NCBI GenBank assembly: GCA_973895155.1
Contig: OZ316896.1
Span: 10,840,795-10,904,794, forward strand
Length of the DNA stretch: 64,000 nucleotides
Direction: 5' to 3'
Origin: Marsupella aquatica
Taxonomy: Eukaryota > Plantae > Marchantiophyta
A program made the translations under genes and the position numbers. Shown here in pieces: positions 49,891-63,590 of the stretch; the first letter of the stretch is position 1, and each line of letters begins with the position of its first letter. Below the pieces are notes generated by a model. It searched no databases and had not been told where the DNA came from. It saw only the letters and a program-made list of their open reading frames with translations.

Positions 49891-52480
49891 TTCAACTCAG
49901 TACCAAAGAAGAAAAGGCAACTAAGTTGTCTCTAGTTTCATGTCCACTTCCTTAGTTTGTCATTCTGATTTGGTCATTGCCTCAGTACAACTTACTAACA
50001 ACAAGAGCAAGCAAGCTAAAAAGAAAAGCAAAGAAAAGCAAAGCAAAGAAAAGCTTAAACTAACCCCGTATGGGATCCAAACTTTCAAAGTGTGCCCAGA
50101 TCGGGGCCCAGATATAAATACTATTTCAATAATCTGGTGGGATTGTCTCTGTCTTGTGTGCTTGTATAATACCATTTACACATACCAACTGAGAAACTAG
50201 CCTTTGATCTTGGCAAAGTCAACTTTTGATGTTCAAATTTCTTAAAGCACTGCACCCATGTTGAAGATCCATACTTACTTTGAATTGTCCAATTCCATTA
50301 TTTTGCTGTCTGTCCACTCTCACTGTTCTACAATGGCAGGCGGATGCAATGCTCTTTTGCCAACCATAGGAGGGATGCTGTGGCTTCTCTAAGTGGCTAA
50401 GCAAGCCCTCCCATGGAAAATTGACTGGGAGTTTTGAACAAGAAATGGTTAGTCCAAGGAGTATTTGTTTACTCATCTTTGGGTCTAAGCTATGCCGGCT
50501 GATTAGGATTCTCAAACATGGCTATACCTTTAAACCACTGGTCTTTACAAATTGAAAGTGAAGCTCCCATGAGATCTAGATGCAAATTTTAAATCAGGTT
50601 GGGAATAGTGTCCCCTTGATGAAATGTGTCATGTTGGGACCCCTCGATGGAGCATATTTTGCCCTCAAAGTGGGTCTTAACATCGAAAAGAAAGCTCATA
50701 ACTCAAAGTGGACTGACTTCTGGATTGGGAAGGAGGGTGTATGTCAATATGAGAAAGGTCCAACAACTTTCTACAATATTTGGTAAAGACCCTTTGCAAT
50801 AAGGATAAACACTGAAATGATCCCCTCCAAGTCAATCTGGAAAAACATGATTATGCCAGACAGGTGGTAGATACGCTGTTTTAGCTCTGGATTGAAAAGA
50901 ACCCCTGGCTGTGCAGCTTAAATATGTGTCCATGTATTTTAGAAGAAACCAATACATGTCCCTATCCGAGGAAACCTGCATAAGAAACAGAAGAAAGAAG
51001 TAGGACTAGAACAGCCCAGTGAACCTCGCGCCTAACACACAATGACAGCTCCCTGCCCAGGTTCTTTTTGTTGTTGAGTAAAGAGTTCTGAATCTTAAAG
51101 GGAACGAAGACACTAAGAGAATCGAATAAGTAGGCCATATGCTGCAACCATATAATGCTCTGACCTACAGACTTGTTACGTATGGATTGTTGACTCATGC
51201 ACATTCAACAATTGTAGCAGAGAAGGAGACCCAATGGGAAAGTGGGCAGGCATATTAAGGTTTAACAGATGCAACTTATTACTGCTCATAAAAAAATGAG
51301 TGGAAATCAATCAATTTAAATATAATATGCAATCTATTTTGGAACCCAGGTTATTTCTACAATTGTTTGTAGTCTACCCTAAGAGTAAGACATCAACTTC
51401 TAAATAATTCTGTAGCAACCACCGTGCCTTCCTTTCAACGATGTGGCTCAGGAAGAGGAACACACCATACAGCTAGCTAGAGGTTCGTTTGTACTAATGC
51501 ACTTTTTGGACAGCTGCTCCTTCTTTGGTGGCTTTGAGTACTTTTGTGGTATTGGCATTTTGGCCTCGGTTATGGTGTGTCCTGGCCCTTGGCTTGTATT
51601 GTTTTGTGCCCCCCTGGTCATTGCCGCGGTGCCAACTTTAATAAATTGCCGAGTTTCCAAAAAAAAACAAAAACTAATGCAATTTTTGTTGTTGTTATAG
51701 TAATAATGCAAACTTTACTATTGTACATTTGTAAGTTGCAACTGTGAGGGGCAATCTGGATCATGTGACCTCCAGTTATTGTCAACGAAATCACTTCTCT
51801 CCGTGCAGAGAAGTGAGCTCAAGACAAGTCACTATGAACCAACTACTCTCTGCTTTGTTGTGTAGTGAACATGGAGGAGAGGTTTTTCGTTTTGTTCCAA
51901 GACCTTTGCCTTTCTATGCTAACTGCACATCGAAAAGCAACAGACAGACGTACCTGGCTACTTAGAAATGACAACACTCACCCACTCACTGATATACAAG
52001 AAATCTGGTTTATAGTGGTATGGATAATAGTGACTTGCAGTTGCGGGGACATGGAGCTTCGAGTCTGCTGATTACTGTAACAAGCTATCCCTCTGTGCCG
52101 CAGCTGGGGAACCTCTCTCCAGCTAGTTTCAAATCTCCACACCAGGATATCGATTCGTTGGAACCCTCACAGCGACATTTCTGTAGTTCACGTCAGAGAA
52201 ACCCGGCATTCAAAACTTACTTTCATAGGAATACCGAAGAATTGCTTAACGAACCCAATGACCGCCCTAGTTGAAATCCCGTTTGAAAGAGCATGCGTTG
52301 ATGTCGCGCGTCCTGCAAATTCGATCGACTATTGTTTGTCTTTGAGACAAGTAGACCAATTTGACCTTACAGGTCAACCTGAGAATGCATCTCCTGAAAC
52401 TAGCCGTGGCCCTGCGTCGCCACGGCTTACTTAACGTTCCCCGCTGGGGACTTCAAAGCCAAGCACGTTTCGTAGCTCCT

Positions 52481-52487
52481 TATAAAC
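52481..52487 (+). promoter_or_regulatory. Candidate TATA box of the 54104 gene
   Basis: tataaac followed by a leader (ctcag..ttcttcagtct.ggga..actcagtcgatc.acca) that is also conserved at ~57240 and ~59305. Confidence 0.4.
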
Positions 52488-54103
52488 TCAGCCGTGGCGA
52501 AATTTCTTCAGTCTGGGGACCTGTCTGAGGAAGCTGGAGCTCGTCGCTTCTCACGTCTCACCACTCAGTCGATCGACCAAGCGTCTAGTCTCTGCTCAAA
52601 TATACTCCTATCCAGTACTTGGTCGAAGCGGTTTAATGCTCGGCATTCATGTGAGCCGGCTAAGGCTCGTTGATACTGCGCAGTGGTGACTAGTGATCGA
52701 CTCATGCGAATTGCTCAAACATGGTGGTTTTGGATCCTCGCACGCTTTTTTTTACTATTTCTGCTGTTGCTCGTTCTCGTGATCCAGCTCGTATGGGCAT
52801 GTTCTGGGGAACTTGGCCGCTTGATTAGCAGGTTATGACGGGAGTGAGAAGCTTTGAGCTTGAAAAGATCTGCAGAGTATTTTCTTGTTTTGCTCAAACA
52901 GCATGCATGGAGCCGTTCGTAGAATTTAGGTGGGAATTCAGTTCTTTTCTGGATTTCGTAATCGCATTAATGAGGGACCCGCCGACCGGGCGGGCGACCG
53001 GGGCATTTTGTTTCAATCTTGGGACGGATCTCCTTGGATTTCTGCAATTGTTTCTAGTGGTTCGCTTGTTTTTCAACTACTAGATGATCATCGAGACCGA
53101 CCGACCGACAGACATCGCTTTATTACGCTTAGATGGCTGACAACTAAGCGCTACATGGGATCCCAATTGACCAAAAGGAATCGTTTCGATCTCGACTGGG
53201 CCATTTAGCAGTACTCGGCAGCGTTTGACCTGTTGGATAGTCGATTCATAATGAAAGCCCGATGCTATCTGTCCGCACAACTTAATTCGTGTCCTCTCGC
53301 ACCTACGGACTCATAAGCAATCCACTGCTTCAGCAACCGCGTATTATCTGTGGATTTCAGCAGAATTGGTAATGATTCTGAACATCTTCGGTTTTCCGTG
53401 TCTAATTACTTTTGGGCAAGTTCCCAATTGCAACTGGTAACCTACGTTACGTGAACATTTTGCCAGTGTCATAGCTCAGAATATTGGTCTAATTCTGACA
53501 GCTGCTCTTGCTAGTGTTTAGGCAAGTTCTTGTTGAAATTCTAAGCTGAATTCTGCCTGCACTGAGACTTCAGCATATTACCTAGATTGATTCTGAAAGA
53601 TCATCGTCAGTTGGCAGTCTGTTTCCGACCAGCTTTGATCATACTTAAAATGATGTTCAGCTGGCCTTGTTGTCTCAAAATTCAGTAGAACTGGGTCTAT
53701 TCGGTAAGTACATTGTGACTGGTTTGCTATGCGCATTTGGAGGTGCTTTTTGAATAACTTTAGAGCACAGCCAAGTAGTCATAATTTGTGTCGAGAGACG
53801 TGTACTTCTGCCGTCTCGTCTTAGACTGCAGCGTATTTGGAGCTTATTTCCATCTGTCAGTGTGCTTGCGGAGACATTTTGAGCATATTGAATCCATCTC
53901 AACCTTCAGAAGGGTGCTAAGCAATATTCGTAAGTTGTTGACAACCCCGACTAGGATAATTAAGTAACTTAGCTGCAAGATTGGAGCCTTCCGCGAGTGG
54001 CTGAAGCTCTTGGGCCTGGCTTCTACTCCTCTAGCAACACTAATTGGACTTCCGCTTCTTTGGTTGACGCAGTGATTAAGTTCAGGAGAGGGAGAGCATT
54101 TCA

Positions 54104-54751
54104 ATGCCGCCTGGTATTCCTATAGGTGTTCGCCCCTACCAGCCGGAACCACGTTCCAGAACAATAATTTGGCAGATGGAAGTCTCAGACGTTATAGAAC
54201 CACTGTATCTCCCTTCAGCTACTTATCAGAGTGCAGCGGGTTCAAGAAGATACGTTGCTGTATTCTATTGCGGTGATTTCTGGGCATCAAATCTCACCTA
54301 TCTGGAGTTCAAGGGTAACGAAGTATGTTTGACTCGCTTGGGAGACATTATAACAAAGAATAAGAGACTCGAGAGCCCGCATACTAGGCGCGATGTCTAT
54401 CTTCTCAATTACAACGCACCTTTACCAGAGTCAGTTGTCTCTGCTTTGCTGTCCGTCAGTGGTGAAGGTTTACGATCCCTTCTTATTGCTCATCTTGAAG
54501 CCCCTTTTCCAGATGGATGGAAAGATCGCAATCAGTGGGTTGTGCGCAACACGTCGCAAATGAAGCTAGACGGTCAACTGGCACTGCTTCCAAGTCATCC
54601 TCCCGACGACTACCAGTTCCTTTCGTGTCTTGAGACTGGATGGGAAGACTATCCTTCTCGCTTGGTAGCTTTGTTTCTGAGGAGCTATGTCAGACCATGG
54701 TTGCCGACTTCCTTTAATAGTTACTACGATAGAAAGAATACTGCCGAATAG
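54104..54751 (+). CDS. Hypothetical protein, 215 aa, unrecognised family
   Basis: Open 648-nt ORF after a CAG acceptor (54083-85). A decayed paralog at 61429-62007 keeps the same acceptor-to-ATG spacing and similar peptide blocks, which supports real coding status. Confidence 0.65.
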   Translation: MPPGIPIGVRPYQPEPRSRTIIWQMEVSDVIEPLYLPSATYQSAAGSRRYVAVFYCGDFWASNLTYLEFKGNEVCLTRLGDIITKNKRLESPHTRRDVYLLNYNAPLPESVVSALLSVSGEGLRSLLIAHLEAPFPDGWKDRNQWVVRNTSQMKLDGQLALLPSHPPDDYQFLSCLETGWEDYPSRLVALFLRSYVRPWLPTSFNSYYDRKNTAE

Positions 54752-55999
54752 CTCGTGCATGGACTTGCGAGTGTCATAATATTGTCTTGAATTTCGTATC
54801 AAAATCTAGGCGCATGAGAGCAGTAAAGGTGTAAGGACCTGGACTTGCTTTAGAAAGCACAAGTTGTACATAGGCAGCTCTCACGCCCAAAGACTGGCAT
54901 CCTTGCCCAGATGTCTAGGCACAGTCCTTGTATAGAGTTCGAGTTTTTTTCCCCAGCTCATTTATACTGGGTGCTTTATCTTGTCTGCTTTCCACGGATG
55001 TGAAGAAGGTTACACAGAAATGTATCATATATATATGGGGCCTTTGATTCAATATGACAGCCACCCAGATCCAATCGTTTCATTTGCAACCAACATCGAG
55101 GCGTCACATCCATTCATTATTAGAATGGGCCCATTTGGAAAGAGCAACCGGACCATGATTACTAGTGTCTTTGAATATTTATTTTGCCTTCCTCCTCGTT
55201 GCTCTCTCTGCAGGATTCTCTCCGCTATGGCGAAGTCAACGTTAGTATTCATGAGGGCCTGAGAGGTTGAATGTTAATCTGTTCCCCGGCCTGCTGGAAA
55301 CAGCACTCGCAGGATAAAGTAGTTGTTGTGATTCCTTGATTGTACAGTACTTGGGCTTTCCAGGTCGAAACATTTTCAGGAGGCGTGGAGGGAGCTGTGC
55401 CAATTAGAGGAGGCGGGAGACGAGGAGGCTTGGTTGTGGCACGCACAATCCTCTCCCCATTGACCAATTTAGTGAACACGTGCATGCCTTGCAACAGCAA
55501 ATTTTGTTGACGTTGTTACAAGCTTGTAGAAATAGTAGCGGTGTCGATCTTCATCCAGTGTCACTTTGATCTTCAAGCAAAACAAGGATGTTCCAAGGAT
55601 CGAAAGATTGAGATAGAGATTGCGCTTACATTTTCCAACAAGGCTTCTAAAACTCAAACTCATAACCAAGATGAAGCCAAGGAGCTCGTGATAAATTTTC
55701 ACTCGCGGTTGATAACCATTTTAAGGTTGAAACGGGGTTTAATATAAGTTGAATGTAGTATTTATGAATCCATGTTCAACTTAGTTCGCCCGAACAACAT
55801 TTCGAAGTATTTGCCATCCCTTCTGGTAATGAGCTATGATTTCTCTTCTGAAATTTATCGTCGTGGATTAAAATAATTTCCTTTGGTAGGGCTACATGCC
55901 ATATCGGATGAGTTTTCTAAAGGGCATTCATCTAAGTGCGTGTCATCTAGCACCAGGATATCATTCCATGAGAAACCAGCTCATCAAAATGTTGCTCTA

Positions 56000-58900
56000 A
56001 TTGCAACACTAGCTTCAAACGTATAATACAACACAAATTCCTGGAAGCACAGAATTAATTCCTCTGCGAGCCCTCTCACAGAAATAGTATTCCTCTCCCA
56101 GCTTCGAATTTGAGAACTTTCTAAGAGATGCACAAACTACAAAGCATCGATCATCCAGCTCTGTGTGATACTATTGTCGATGCAGTCTCTGCTCCACGTA
56201 CAAAGCAACAACGACAACCTTCTTATGATCGGACCATCGCTACGCAGCCCGAGGTGTCAAAGTAAGTTACAATTTTCACATACAGTTCATAAGTCATTGC
56301 ATAAGGATGGCACCAAAACTGCTACGGGACACAAAAATGGTCCCTGTCAACTTGTTCGCTGTAACTTACGTTCACGACAGCAGAGATGGACAAGGTAAGT
56401 TGGCAAAAAAATAAATGAAGAAAGAATCCCATGCTCAAAAGAAATGCTTAATAGTACTGTAAAATCGTCACGGGATTAAGTTATCTACCCTCAGAATTGA
56501 GTTTCAAGACGCCGTCTTAGTTTCCATGCTTTCAGTCAGAAGCACTCCTGCCCTCGCATAGCTCACACTGTTTGGCCACATTGTGCACATAAAGGGTAAT
56601 GCAGGTCTGGGCGCAGGGTTACTAGGCTGTAACCTTGCGTCCCGAATATGAAAAGAAGCTGACCGATGGCAGCCTAAAAATTTCTTTGAATATTCCGGGA
56701 GCAGGTTAGGTTACAGTCTATAACCCCAGCCCAGACCTGCACTAGCGTATGTAACTCCTGCCCCAAAAGAGTTTACCGGCTAGAATTTTCAGGACAACAG
56801 ATTATGACTATAGCAGGCCCCTCCAGAAATGGTTACACAGGTAATCTCTTCTCCTGACAGTAATTACTTTCAGCACGGTAGTGCCTTACGTGGACTTGCT
56901 CTCAATACACTTTTTGGAGTGGTTGATGGTTTCGGCATGATGTTTTAGGGGGTTGTTGCTGTAAATTGTGGCCGACAATCACCAGCGAGCTCTGTAGAGC
57001 CTGCGGGCAATTTCTGACCAGAACGCACCGAATAATTGCCGTTACATTTTAAATGCCCGAATTGGAAATTGCTAGGGATTGGACTTGTTATGCTTCAAAT
57101 TTGAAATCCAGAGGTTGACGCAGCGATTGGATCTTTTGAAACCCGACCAGCCACAACGTGCCCGGAGCCTACTGGCTGCAATGTAAAGTTCCCGGGAGCA
57201 GGACGGCTGCTGAGGAAAATGCCGTTCCAAAGCCTCGTTATAATCTCAGACTGTTCCATACCTTCTTGACGCTAGCTGTAGCGCATCTGTTCCCACAACC
57301 AGTTGTTGAATCTGTTCCCAGGACTCAGTCGATCCACCAGACGAGGCTGTGCTCATGCACAGTCACGTCGACTACACGGCTCTTCAGTTGAGGCACTCTT
57401 CTGCTCGGAACTTTGGAGGGTTGTAGTGACAGGATCCTCTGTCTTATCCTGTGATCAACTGGTATCTGTTCGACTGGTATCTGTTGTCAGAGTTTTCTGG
57501 TTTGCTTTACTCATGTAAACTGCCGCAGGTCTAAGTCATTGAACTCACCAAGTGTCAGTGAAGTTTCGGATAGAGAAATATATAGACATCTCTATAGCAT
57601 ATAGCAGTCTCTATAACAAGGCCCCCGGCATCAATTCTCACGCGAGATACACGTCAGACAAAGACCTTCCAGGAAAAAACTTGGTGAAAAAGAACATGAC
57701 CCCAAACCGACACAGGTGAACAAATAGAGCATACTAAGGCGCTTGAGAGAACAATGTTGAAGGAAATCCGGCGCTAAGCGCTTGTTTCTCCCAGCCTTAA
57801 TTCCTGAATGTAAGCCTCTAGGGGTCGGGGGGTAGCTGTTACGATTATAACTAAAAAAATGAGAGACTTTACAAACTCCCAAATTGCCCATCCCAAATTC
57901 CCGAAAGGAAGTGTCTTTGCATAGGGGGCAACTTTATGATTATAACTAAAGCAGCAATAATTCATTGAAGAAGCCAATGCCCAAGTGGTTGAATGAATTC
58001 ATTAAGAAGCCAATGCCCAAGTAGTTGAATGCCCAAGCTGTATTCCTCTAGAGGTGGTATTAAAAAAAAATGAAATCAGAAACTTCAGACAATGGAATGA
58101 CAAGCAAAAAATAATAATATATTTTTAGCAGCCTCTTTCCCCTCCCCTACTGGAATAGAGCTCAGCCCAGCAGGCCATAGCAGCTCAAGGTAGTCTTGCT
58201 CCACGTGAGTTTATTATGTGATTTTACGGATAATCTAAGATGACCAATCTTTCAGTTATGTCATTACTAAGTAATTTATTTGCGTCACAATAAATAAAGA
58301 AAAAAAGCCAACAAATATGAAAATTTATCTAATTGGTCTTGTCGCGCATTCAAAGTATTGCTTTGATTGCAACGCTTCAAACACAAAGCACTTAATTTAT
58401 TCCTCTGCAAGCCCTCTCACAGTAATAGTGACCCCCTCCCAGCTTCACAATTGAGAACTCTCTTAGAAAAACACAAAATGTAACAAAGCATCGATCATCC
58501 AGCTGGCGATGCACTCTCTGCTCCACGTACAAAACAACAACGACAAGTTATGATCGGATAATCGCAGCAGGACTTGCCTTTACGCAGAAGGACTTGCCTT
58601 TACGCAGTGCTAGAGGGTCTCAAAGTTCCAATTTTATATACAGTTCATAAATCATTGCATAAGGATATCGGACCAACACTGCTACGGGGCACAAAAATGG
58701 TAGTGGTCAACTTGCTTGCTGTAACATGATAGGACAAGAGAGATTGGCAAAGTTCACAAAAATATAAATGTAAGTACTCATGCTCAGGAAAATGCTTAGT
58801 ACTGTCAAATCGTCACGGGAACAAGTCATTGACCCTAAGAATGGAGGTTTCGAGACGAACTCTTAGTTTCAATTGCTTCAGTTTACATGCTTTCATCCAC

Positions 58901-59523
58901 AAGCTGTCCTGCCCTCTCACAGCCCACACTGTTAGGCCGCATGGTCGACGTTCCGCACCGTAGTGCCTGACGTGGGCTTCCTCTCAAGGTAGAGTGTTTC
59001 GAAATGATGTTTTAGCTAGGTGGCAGTTGTTGTGAAATTGTGGCCGATAATCACCAGCGAGCTCTGTAGAGCCCGCGGGTAATTTCAGAACACAACGCAC
59101 CAAAAAATTGCCGTTACATTTAAAATGCCCGGTCCCATTGGAAATTGCTACAGATTGTACTCGTTATGCGAATCAAATTTGAAATCCAGAAGTTGACGCG
59201 GCGATTGCATCTTTTGAAACCAGACCAGCCACATCGTGCACGGAGCCTACTGGCTCCAATGCCAAAGTCCCCGGGAGCAGAAAATGCCTTTCCGAAGCCT
59301 CGTGATAATCTCAGACTGTTCCAAACCTTCTTCAGTCTTGGGATCTCACGCTAGCTGTAGCGCATCTGTTCTCACGACCAGTTGCTGAAGTGAATCTGTT
59401 CCCGGGACTCAGTCGATCCACCAGACGAGGCTGTGCTCATGCACAGTCGTGACATCGACTACACAGCTCTTCAGTTGAGGCACTAGTCTCCAGGGTCGTC
59501 TTCTGCTCGGAACTGTGGCGGGT
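56000..59523. repeat. Segmental direct duplication (~56000-57423 vs ~58366-59523)
   Basis: Long collinear shared blocks, e.g. gccctctcacag, caaagcatcgatcatccagct, aatcaccagcgagctctgtagagcc, gactcagtcgatccaccagacgaggctgtgctcatgcacagtc. Copy 1 carries an extra ~300-bp insert. Confidence 0.9.
56599..56742. mobile_element. TA-flanked foldback MITE
   Basis: TA-atgcaggtctgggc..gggtta.tag.ctgtaacc ... ggttacag.cta.taaccc..gcccagacctgcac-TA. Absent from the paralogous copy at ~58940. Confidence 0.7.
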
Positions 59524-60164
59524 TCTGTCAGTTAAATCTGTACGCAGTGCGTGCCATGTATAGGCGGAATCGTCGAAAGCGAGGGTCCAGTTAACGACTT
59601 TTGCAATAGTTTCATTTTGGTTCTGACGATCGCATTTTGGGTTGGTCTGGACCTCGCAGTTACAGGCCTAACAGCAAATTCTCATATTTGCAGTGAAGTT
59701 CTCTGGTCAATCCTTGAAAAATCAACGCCAAGCCAAAACTGATTGTTGACTTTTTGTGCATTTTTGGAGGTTTTTGAGTATTGGTAACGCTGAATATTCA
59801 ATTAATTTGAGTGTATTGAACATCGTACGTATTGTCTCAGAATGCATTACACGGTCAACGAAATCGGCTTTGAGACCTCCCCAACGCGTTTGCAGTCATG
59901 GACCTGAAGCTGTAGCACGTCGGTTCTCACAACTCCGTTGATCCACCGCACGAGAGTTTGCGGTGGATCAACGCTGGGTACTGAGGCGATCTTTTGCTCA
60001 GCATTGTGGTCGGCGGGGTTTGTGAGCTAGCGCAGTTCGCCACACACGAAAATTGCTCGAATACGATGCATCCTGTTTTGGGCAGTTGGACGGAGTTCTT
60101 TGTTTCTGCTTTTCTATATCTGACATGCGTAACGCAAATGCACTTAGCCATTTACCCTATATTT

Positions 60165-60345
60165 GAATCTTTCATTACACTCATCCCTTGCACACTACTG
60201 GAAACTTTCATTATCCTCGGCCTTTACGCAATAGCTGTAACTTTAATTATGCTCGGACTTTACATTGCATTACAAATCTCGTTCAATATCATCCTCGGCC
60301 TTCACGCAATAGTTGAAATTTTCATTATCCTCAGCCATTTTCACA
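60165..60345. repeat. Degenerate minisatellite (~36-45-bp units)
   Basis: tcattatcctcggcctt(t/c)acgcaatag and variants, x4. Confidence 0.7.
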
Positions 60346-61428
60346 ATCGACTTGGGCGCCCACATCGGCATTGGCATGAGATCATTTCATCGGAATAGGC
60401 TGACAGGGTGTTCTTGGAAAGCCCTTCTTCGGACCGGACTATTGTGCGGTACATAAGATCGTGTAACGTCGTGAGAATCGATTGCATGATCGAAGCGCGA
60501 GGCTATATTTGCTATGTTTGTCGCCTTGGTCTCCTCTCGCAGGTACCTGCAATGTGATCCACTGACTGCTTCAGTTGAGCATGCGTACATTGTCTTGGAC
60601 AACAGTCTGTTTTATTCATTTTGAAGCTCAAAGTCGATCGGTACGTAGTGTGTGATTTTGGCTAGGTTTTCAAGATCAGAGATCGAGAGGACTTCCTGAA
60701 CATGAAAATTTTGCCGTACTGTCTCAGAATCCTGCATAATTAGGGAAACGCGCTTGAGACCATTTCATAGATCGAGACTGCTCCAAAACATCTCCAGTCC
60801 TGGAACGTGGGTCGTTTGCCAGTCGTCACAATTCAGTCAATCAGACCGAACCCTGTTCAGCTTTCCAAATGACGATTTCATGGTCGTGATGTAATTAACT
60901 GACGTAACAATATATTGCTGATCAGCTAGAGATGTTTTGCTCCGTTCTCCAGGGCCTTGTTCCGGGGACTTCGTATTCATCGTCCCATATATTGTTTAAG
61001 TTCACCGTGGATTGCCAGAGTGTGTTCATTCGCGAAATTTGGATCATAGCTCAGCTCAATCCAAAACTAAGAAATTCTTCAACATTTTAGTTTGTTTGGA
61101 TGAAATGAATCGATCAAATTGGATAGAGTCCTGAACTTAATGGTCTGTATTCTCCCATAGCCACTGTTTTCATTCTGCAAGGTCATCCTCGTTTGACAGC
61201 GTGTGTTTGGGGATCGGTAAAGCTCAATCCTTGAGTTGAAGGGTATGCCCAGCGTTCTCTCAGTGCCAACTTGGATAAATAGGCTTGCATTGTCTCCACT
61301 GGTCTCAGACCAAGCTAACACTGTTCCGACGAGAAACCCTGGTGAATCCATCTTTCACTAACGCAGAGTAATTCAATTTGTGAGGCAGATCGTGAACTGA
61401 TTACGTCCAGGAGATCGAGAGGACTTCA

Positions 61429-62007
61429 ATGGCCCCTGGCATACTGATGGCTGCTTCAGAAATCTATTCTTAGAAACCTGCAGAGGGCAACTAGGAGTCG
61501 CGGCCGTCATTCCACCAGTCTACGTTGCCGCGCAAACACATTGTCGTTCACCAGTGGCAAGGAAATATGCAACATTCGATTATGGTAATTTCGCTTCACA
61601 TCCCACCCATCTAGAGTTCGACGGTAACGAAGAGCGTATGCCCCTTATCGAGAAGGACTGTAAGGCACCTAGCTTACAGATCCTACATTTGAACTCTGAA
61701 TTACGACGGAGCAGAGTCCGCTGTCTCTGATTTGCAGTTTGCCAGAGGTGACGGGATCGCGCGATCCCTTCTTGTTGCTCGTATCCCAGCACCATTTCCG
61801 GATGAATGGAACGATTGCAACCCGGTGCAGTTTAAAGTAGAGGGTCAGATTGTTCGAATGCGGCCCGACAACAAACTCTTCGTATGTCAACCCTGGATTG
61901 GACCGCTTGGGGAACGACATCAGATCATAGTCCCTAGGCGATGCTCTACGATAGCGCCTGTTGCCGGACTCTCAGATTGCTACTGGGACCATGCCAGTGC
62001 CGGATAA
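61429..62007 (+). pseudogene. Frameshifted paralog of the 54104 gene
   Basis: MAPGIL vs MPPGIP; VIPPVYVAAQTH..RKYATFDYGNFASHPTHLEFDGNE vs VIEPLYLPSATY..RRYVAVFYCGDFWASNLTYLEFKGNE; SLLVARIPAPFPDEW vs SLLIAHLEAPFPDGW. The blocks lie in different frames with stops. Confidence 0.8.
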
Positions 62008-62959
62008 CTTGGCATTGTTGGAAGAATGTTGGTGTGTATGTGAGTCAGAAAGTTCTAGAAGTAAATAGTTGCTTTGAGCTACTGAATATATTTCGTTCTT
62101 GATAATTGTGCAATTTAATATGTAATGTTCATGATGCCTGCACGCAATTCATGCAACGCTTTTGCAGGATGCTAACAGCTAACTGGGTGTATTTCCTCGG
62201 GATTTGGGTTGTGTGTTGGGCGGAGCAGACGAAATGCAGGATAAGAAGACAGTTGACATGATTATCGGAGATGTTTCCGGTTTCGATGGGCTCAGAAAGA
62301 CTCCCGAGGAGTATGTACCTGGAAAAGTCGTAGCGCTGGCTCAAGCTTGAGATGGAGCGGTTCTGTTCTTCGGGTAAACTTTTCTCAATAACTCCTCTGT
62401 TTGAACTAGAAATAACAAGTAGGTAAGTAGATCTCTGTCGTGGCCCGATTTGTTCTTTGTTTAATTCTCAATTTCAAGTTAAACAGTCTGTCTACCACAT
62501 TCCGTCACCTCAAGAGCCCCTGTTCCCTCTCCCCGTCAGCCAAGTTCTTTTTTCCCTTCGATAACCTGGCTTGGAAGACTACTCCGTTGCCAAAATGGGG
62601 GAGATTGATCTGCTCTTCAGGTGTCACATGTTTCGCACTCTTTCAATAACCCGCGATATTTCATTATTTTATCATTTGTTTTTACCATACTAGTTGTTCT
62701 GTAGAAATGCAATTTTGAAACAAACCCATAGGAAATAAATATATCTCTGCCAGCCCGACAAACTTGAATTGAAAGCAACAAGGAAGGGAGTGCTGGAGTA
62801 AATTTTGTAGGTAGTCAACAATGGGTCCAATGTAAGTAAAATACCTTGACGTCATTATTATGAGCATTGACTTCGTTATCAAAATGTAAATCCATGTTTG
62901 GACGCAAGGAATTTTCACAAATCCTTTTTCTAACATGGATTATTCGTCGATGAATTTAG

Positions 62960-63590
62960 GGTGGATGGCTTTGAACTTCCTCTGCAGCTTGTCTTGGGGC
63001 AGACTGAGGCTATGGCTGTCCTTACTGTTGCCCAGAACGGAAAAGCAGAAGGCCTTTGCCTAAGCTTGGGGTTTGTCCCTTGCTGCAGTCGGATGGAAGG
63101 TAAGATTGAGACAGAGGTTAGGAATATCGTTGCCGTTCCCTCCCTTTTCTTTTGTTTCAGCAAGTTCTGCATGTAGGAAGAAAGTGAAGATGAAGGCCAC
63201 CCTTCTGGATGGATGCTGAGCATTTTAAGGGTCGCCCAACTTGCCCACTGCATGTAGCTACCGTAGCCTTCTCTGCACTCTCGTTACCTTCTCTGCACTC
63301 TCGTTACGACTTAGGGCTGATGGCATTGGATATTCAACTTGTTCCAGGTGGATCGGGTGGTCATCATTGCAAATGAAAACGATATCTTCTACAGCAGTTT
63401 GGTCCTTACAATTTATTCTCGGCTGCTCTCAAATGCGGCTATTTTAAAGGAAGTGCTGACATGCGACCAACAGATGGAACAGCATTGGCTTTTAGATGCA
63501 GAGCACCACTTTCTGTCCACAGAAAAGTTGCAGAGGACCTACTGGGCCAGAAAGATGAATTATCGAAAAAGACTCAGGTTGATCCTTTGA
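62960..63590 (+). pseudogene. Probable bifunctional nuclease (DUF151/BBD-like) gene fragment
   Basis: LPLQLVLGQTEAMAVL resembles LPI.IG..EA.AI and VDRVVIIANENDIFYSSLVL resembles L.RVVI....DG.FYA.L.L of DUF151. AG/GT splice sites at 62958-59, 63100-01, 63346-47. The RPSDAI motif is not intact. Confidence 0.45.
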
